From Lytechinus pictus (lineage: Eukaryota), in assembly GCF_037042905.1 (NCBI RefSeq), contig NC_087245.1:186001-250000 (forward strand): a DNA stretch of 64,000 nucleotides, given 5' to 3'. The position numbers were made by a program, and so were the translations under genes. Below the pieces are notes generated by a model. That model was not told where the DNA came from. It saw only the letters and a program-made list of their open reading frames with translations, and did not search any database. Of the stretch, positions 60,227-64,000 are shown one piece after another. How positions within the stretch are numbered: position 1 is the stretch's first letter; each line of letters opens with the position of its first letter.

Positions 60227-62400
60227 TTAACTAAAGAGATATGTTTTTAATTTTGATTTGAAAAGAGCCAAGGATGGAGAGCTTCTTATATCAATTGGCA
60301 GGCTATTCCATAGTTTGGGGGCAGCAAGTGCAATAGCACGATCACCATGTGTGACTTTTGTTTTGTGAAAAGGGATCTGAAACAATAATTCATCTGTGGA
60401 ACTTCGCAGGCTTCGACTGTGTGATTGGGTTTTAAATTTGAGTAATTCTGTAATGTAATGTGAGGCTTGACCGATTAATGATTTATATACTATTAACAGA
60501 ATTTTGAATGAAATTCTTTGACATACAGGCAACCAGTGGAGTTCTCTCAAAAGAGGTGTAGTGGAACTGAACTTTGGGAAACAGTAGATAAGTCTTGCAC
60601 ATGAATTTTGGACTCTTTGTAACTTAGAAATGAGACTATCAGGCATTCCAAACAACAAACCATTACAGTAGTCAAGCTTACATGTAATCAGAGCATGTGC
60701 CACCAGTTTGATACTTTCTTGATCAAAGTATTTGCGAACGCGCCGAAGGTTATAGAGGAGATAATATGTTGATTTGCATACATTTATGACTTGGGTTTCC
60801 ATATTGAGGTTTGTATCAAAATAAACTCCTAAATTCCTTGCAGTATCAGAGGGTTTGACATTGGATACTCCAATTTTTATACTGTTGATATTAATTTTAG
60901 AGATCTGCTGTGAGGTGCCAATGAGCAAAAATTCACTTTTGCTATCATTTAATTTCAGATGATTATTGAGCATCCAGCTACGAATAAAAATGAAACATTG
61001 TTCTAGCCTTGAAACACTTGTGTCTGCAGAGGTAGAAGATGGCCTAAAAGATATATACAATTGTGTGTCGTCGGCATAACAATGACAAGAAACTTCGGGA
61101 AAAGTGCTATTAATAAGGCTACTGAGTGCTATTAATAAGGCTACTTGTGTATAATGCAAAAAGCAAGGGACCGAGTCGTGAGCCTTGGGGCACGCCACAA
61201 GGTACTGGGAAAGAATCTGAGACAGTACCATCAATAACAAACTTTTGATGCCGATCAGATAAGTATGACTTGATCCAGTTGAGAGCGACACTATTGATAC
61301 CGAAACAATTATGCAAAATTTCCAATAGTCTTGCGTGGTCTATAGTATCAAATGCGCTTCTAGTAATACTAGAAGGGTGACTTTCTGATTGTCCATTGCC
61401 ATCAGAATATCACTCTTGATCCTAAGCAGCGCAGTTTCTGTACTATGATATTGTCTATATGCGGATTGGTTGGATGGAAGAAGCAAATTATTATTGAGAA
61501 ACTAAGATTTGTTGAGTGGCTGCACCTGCTACCCATTTTGAAATGTATTGTAAGTTGCTTACAGGTCTTAGATTACAGAATTCAGGATCCAGACCTGGCT
61601 TTTACAGCAGAGGTGAAACCAGGGCTACTTTCCATTCATTAGGAAAATGACCTGTAGACAGGGAGACATTGATCATAGAAGTAAACACAGGAAGTATAAC
61701 ATCAATATGTTGCATAATGATATTTGTTAGAAGTGGATCAGCAGAGCAAGACTTCTTAGTGAGCTTCATCACGAGTTGCCTTACTTGTCGTTCTGATAAA
61801 AGTTTAAATCTATCAAACTTAATATCTTCGGGTGCTGGAGATAAACCAGATGAATCAATATCAACACCATCAATCAAATTTATATTGGATTGAATATCAC
61901 TGTGAATACTAAGAACGTTATCACGAAAGAATTTTCCTATGTCATTCACAAATGTCATCCTATCAATGTTACATGGCACCACTGGATGTTTGTTTTAGAC
62001 ATTCAGCAGAGATTTAACAACGGTGAACAAGACAACAGACACCGGATGAGACTCTGAATATGGGGGCCTGTACACATTAATCAATTTAAGATGAAATTAT
62101 TTGCATACAATATCATACTCGGCAAACTCAAATGATTCCTTCTGACCAGCGGCTACCTGACGAGCATCGATAGGACTTTTAAAGAGAAGACCTGTACCCC
62201 CGCCACGGCGACCAGTCCTTGGTTGATGAAGACACCGATATCCAGAGGGAACAAACTCTTGCAGTACTGCAGAGTCGTTCTCAGTCAACCAAGTCTCCAT
62301 AAGCGTAACTAAATCAGCTTTACTTTCGTTGACAAAGTCATTGATCGCAGTTGTTTTGTTACGAACAGAGCGTACATTGATGGAGCAAAGTTGAAGACAG
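60227..62400 (-). mobile_element. L2/CR1-group LINE, degenerate ORF2 (APE fragment plus RT)
   Basis: INVRSVRNK, LMETWL, GRRGGGTGLL; GVPQGSRLGPLLF, CYADDTQLYISF, KLDYCN, LRELHWLPV, APKLWNSLP. Multiple frameshifts and deletions. Confidence 0.9.
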
Positions 62401-62614
62401 TCTAATTGTGATGAAGTTCTGCTTGATGTTTGCTTTGCATGTTGAAGACTATTCCTTTTCCTTCCTCCTCGAGTTCCCCGCCTGATTTTCTTGACTTGTG
62501 CAACGTCTTCTGAATTCCATATGATGTTATTGCTTGGCATACATGATGTGGAAGAGGTGCGACAAAGTCTCTCCATAGACAGAGTTCAGTTGGAGTGTAC
62601 TTATATATATAAAT

Positions 62615-63180
62615 AGGGTAAGTGTATATTCTGTCCTGGTACAACAGGCACCCTTCATGATATACTCTCAAACTGCCCAGTCTTCCTTGAGAGATACACT
62701 GTATGAGTGGCGTCATAATAACATTTTGAGGTTCATGCACAAAACATTTCTGGAAAATTTGACTCACAGGAATATTTATACTGACTTAGAAGGGCATTCA
62801 ATCGCCGGGGAACCATACCTCCCCACATTCTCACAACCACTTTGCACCCAGATTTAGTCATTTTACGGGAAGAACAGAAAGAGTAATTATCACCGAATTA
62901 ACAATACCATTTGAAACCAACATTAATGATGCACACCAAAGGAAAAGTCACAAAGTATGACTCGATTGTTAGGGACATCAAGGAAAAGGGTTACACGGCG
63001 TCATTCTACGCGATAGAAGTCGGGGCAAGGGGCCTAGTAGACCGGAATAATAAACACCGCCTTAAAAAACTCCTTAGAATAACAAGCTCAAAATCCGACC
63101 AACCAAATTTTTCCATACCCTTTCTAAACTCGCCATACTCTCCTCTTTTTCAATATTTTACGCAAGAAAAGAGCGAACCT
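62615..63180 (+). mobile_element. Restriction-like-endonuclease non-LTR retrotransposon 3' fragment (Hero/NeSL-like)
   Basis: Across frameshifts: KCIFC..ILSNC, WRHNNIL, PDLVI, ELTIPFE, AHQRKVTKY, AIEVGARG. Confidence 0.75.
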
Positions 63181-64000
63181 GGGGGGGGGGAGGTACATGT
63201 ACAACACTTGGACCCATAATCATCCCCAAGGGCCCAAGATCATTTGCCTAGTTATTTTTTTAGCGTAAGGCAAATGTACTTTATGAGTATTACTTTCATA
63301 ACTTTGTGATGTCAATAGCTAATTAAGTTGATCTTAATACACAAAAAACATATATTGATCTCGTCCGTATATGATAATAATTGAGATGATACCGTAATGG
63401 AAATTGGATGACCATTTTCGCCCATTGTATATACGTAACACCTCTCATAATTTCAAATTATATGCAATAATTAAATAATTCCATGTCCAATTCTAATTCA
63501 GAAAATTGATTAAGTTGTTTAACTGATTATTTTCCTGCATTTATGTTACTCTTAATAATTTCTATATTGGTACGTGTTACTTGTTTTGATTTGTAATCCA
63601 TGTATTGACCTGCCATTTGTTTGGAATGGAAACGGTGGACCTGGTCTCTTTACGTATATATTACATCATTGTCTTTGAACTTTAATAAAGTCAATGGCAA
63701 AAAGAAGCTGCTGAAAACTGCTTATCTAATAAAAGAGAGCCAATGGAGTAAATTAGAAAGTCAAAAGGGGCCTAAGCTTTCGATCCTAGCAAAATGACAA
63801 ACATATAAAGTGGAACAACCATAATATAGACCACAAACAAGCTACAGCAACACTAGAAACAAGGAGACAAAAGAGGCATTAGTGAGTAGAGAAGACCAAT
63901 CAGGTTAGTGAAGGGGATGAAAGAAAAGGAGTAGGCAGACACTAAGGGAAGTTAGTGTGAGTAAGGCCAGTAAGGCTGCGTTTATGCGACCTCATGCCAG

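Noticed and set aside
51759..64000. Final (TM12/C-terminal) exon of the transporter
   Set aside because: No convincing phase-0 exon was found by eye. It may be beyond the window or missed. The same applies to upstream exons in 1-18239.

Overview
AT-rich, intron-containing animal (eukaryotic) genomic DNA. The repeat landscape resembles a marine invertebrate, plausibly an echinoderm such as a sea urchin, but the species cannot be fixed from sequence alone. The only host gene I can support is seven GT-AG exons (18240-51758, + strand, 993 nt, 331 codons in frame) of an SLC6/NSS sodium-dependent transporter of prokaryote-like type. Its first and last exons were not found. Nearly everything else is transposon-derived. 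The main elements are: (1) a 7.2-kb two-gene PIF/Harbinger element with an intron-containing DDE transposase, a convergent Myb/SANT gene and nested Kolobok-type and Tc1 insertions; (2) a full-length, ORF-intact L1/Tx1 retrotransposon with a 16-bp TSD; (3) an internally deleted DIRS1-type element that keeps its ITRs and ICR; (4) a Penelope fragment with a hammerhead-ribozyme motif. There are also hAT, Tc1/mariner, piggyBac-like, Helentron-like, CR1/L2 and Hero remnants, a tRNA-derived SINE and three tandem arrays. I see no evidence for a wholly new multi-gene system. The best leads are the unusual ion-site residues of the transporter, the non-autonomous DIRS, a CAG-terminated MITE family with 4-bp TSDs, and the ribozyme. 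All family assignments come from motif recognition, not database searches.
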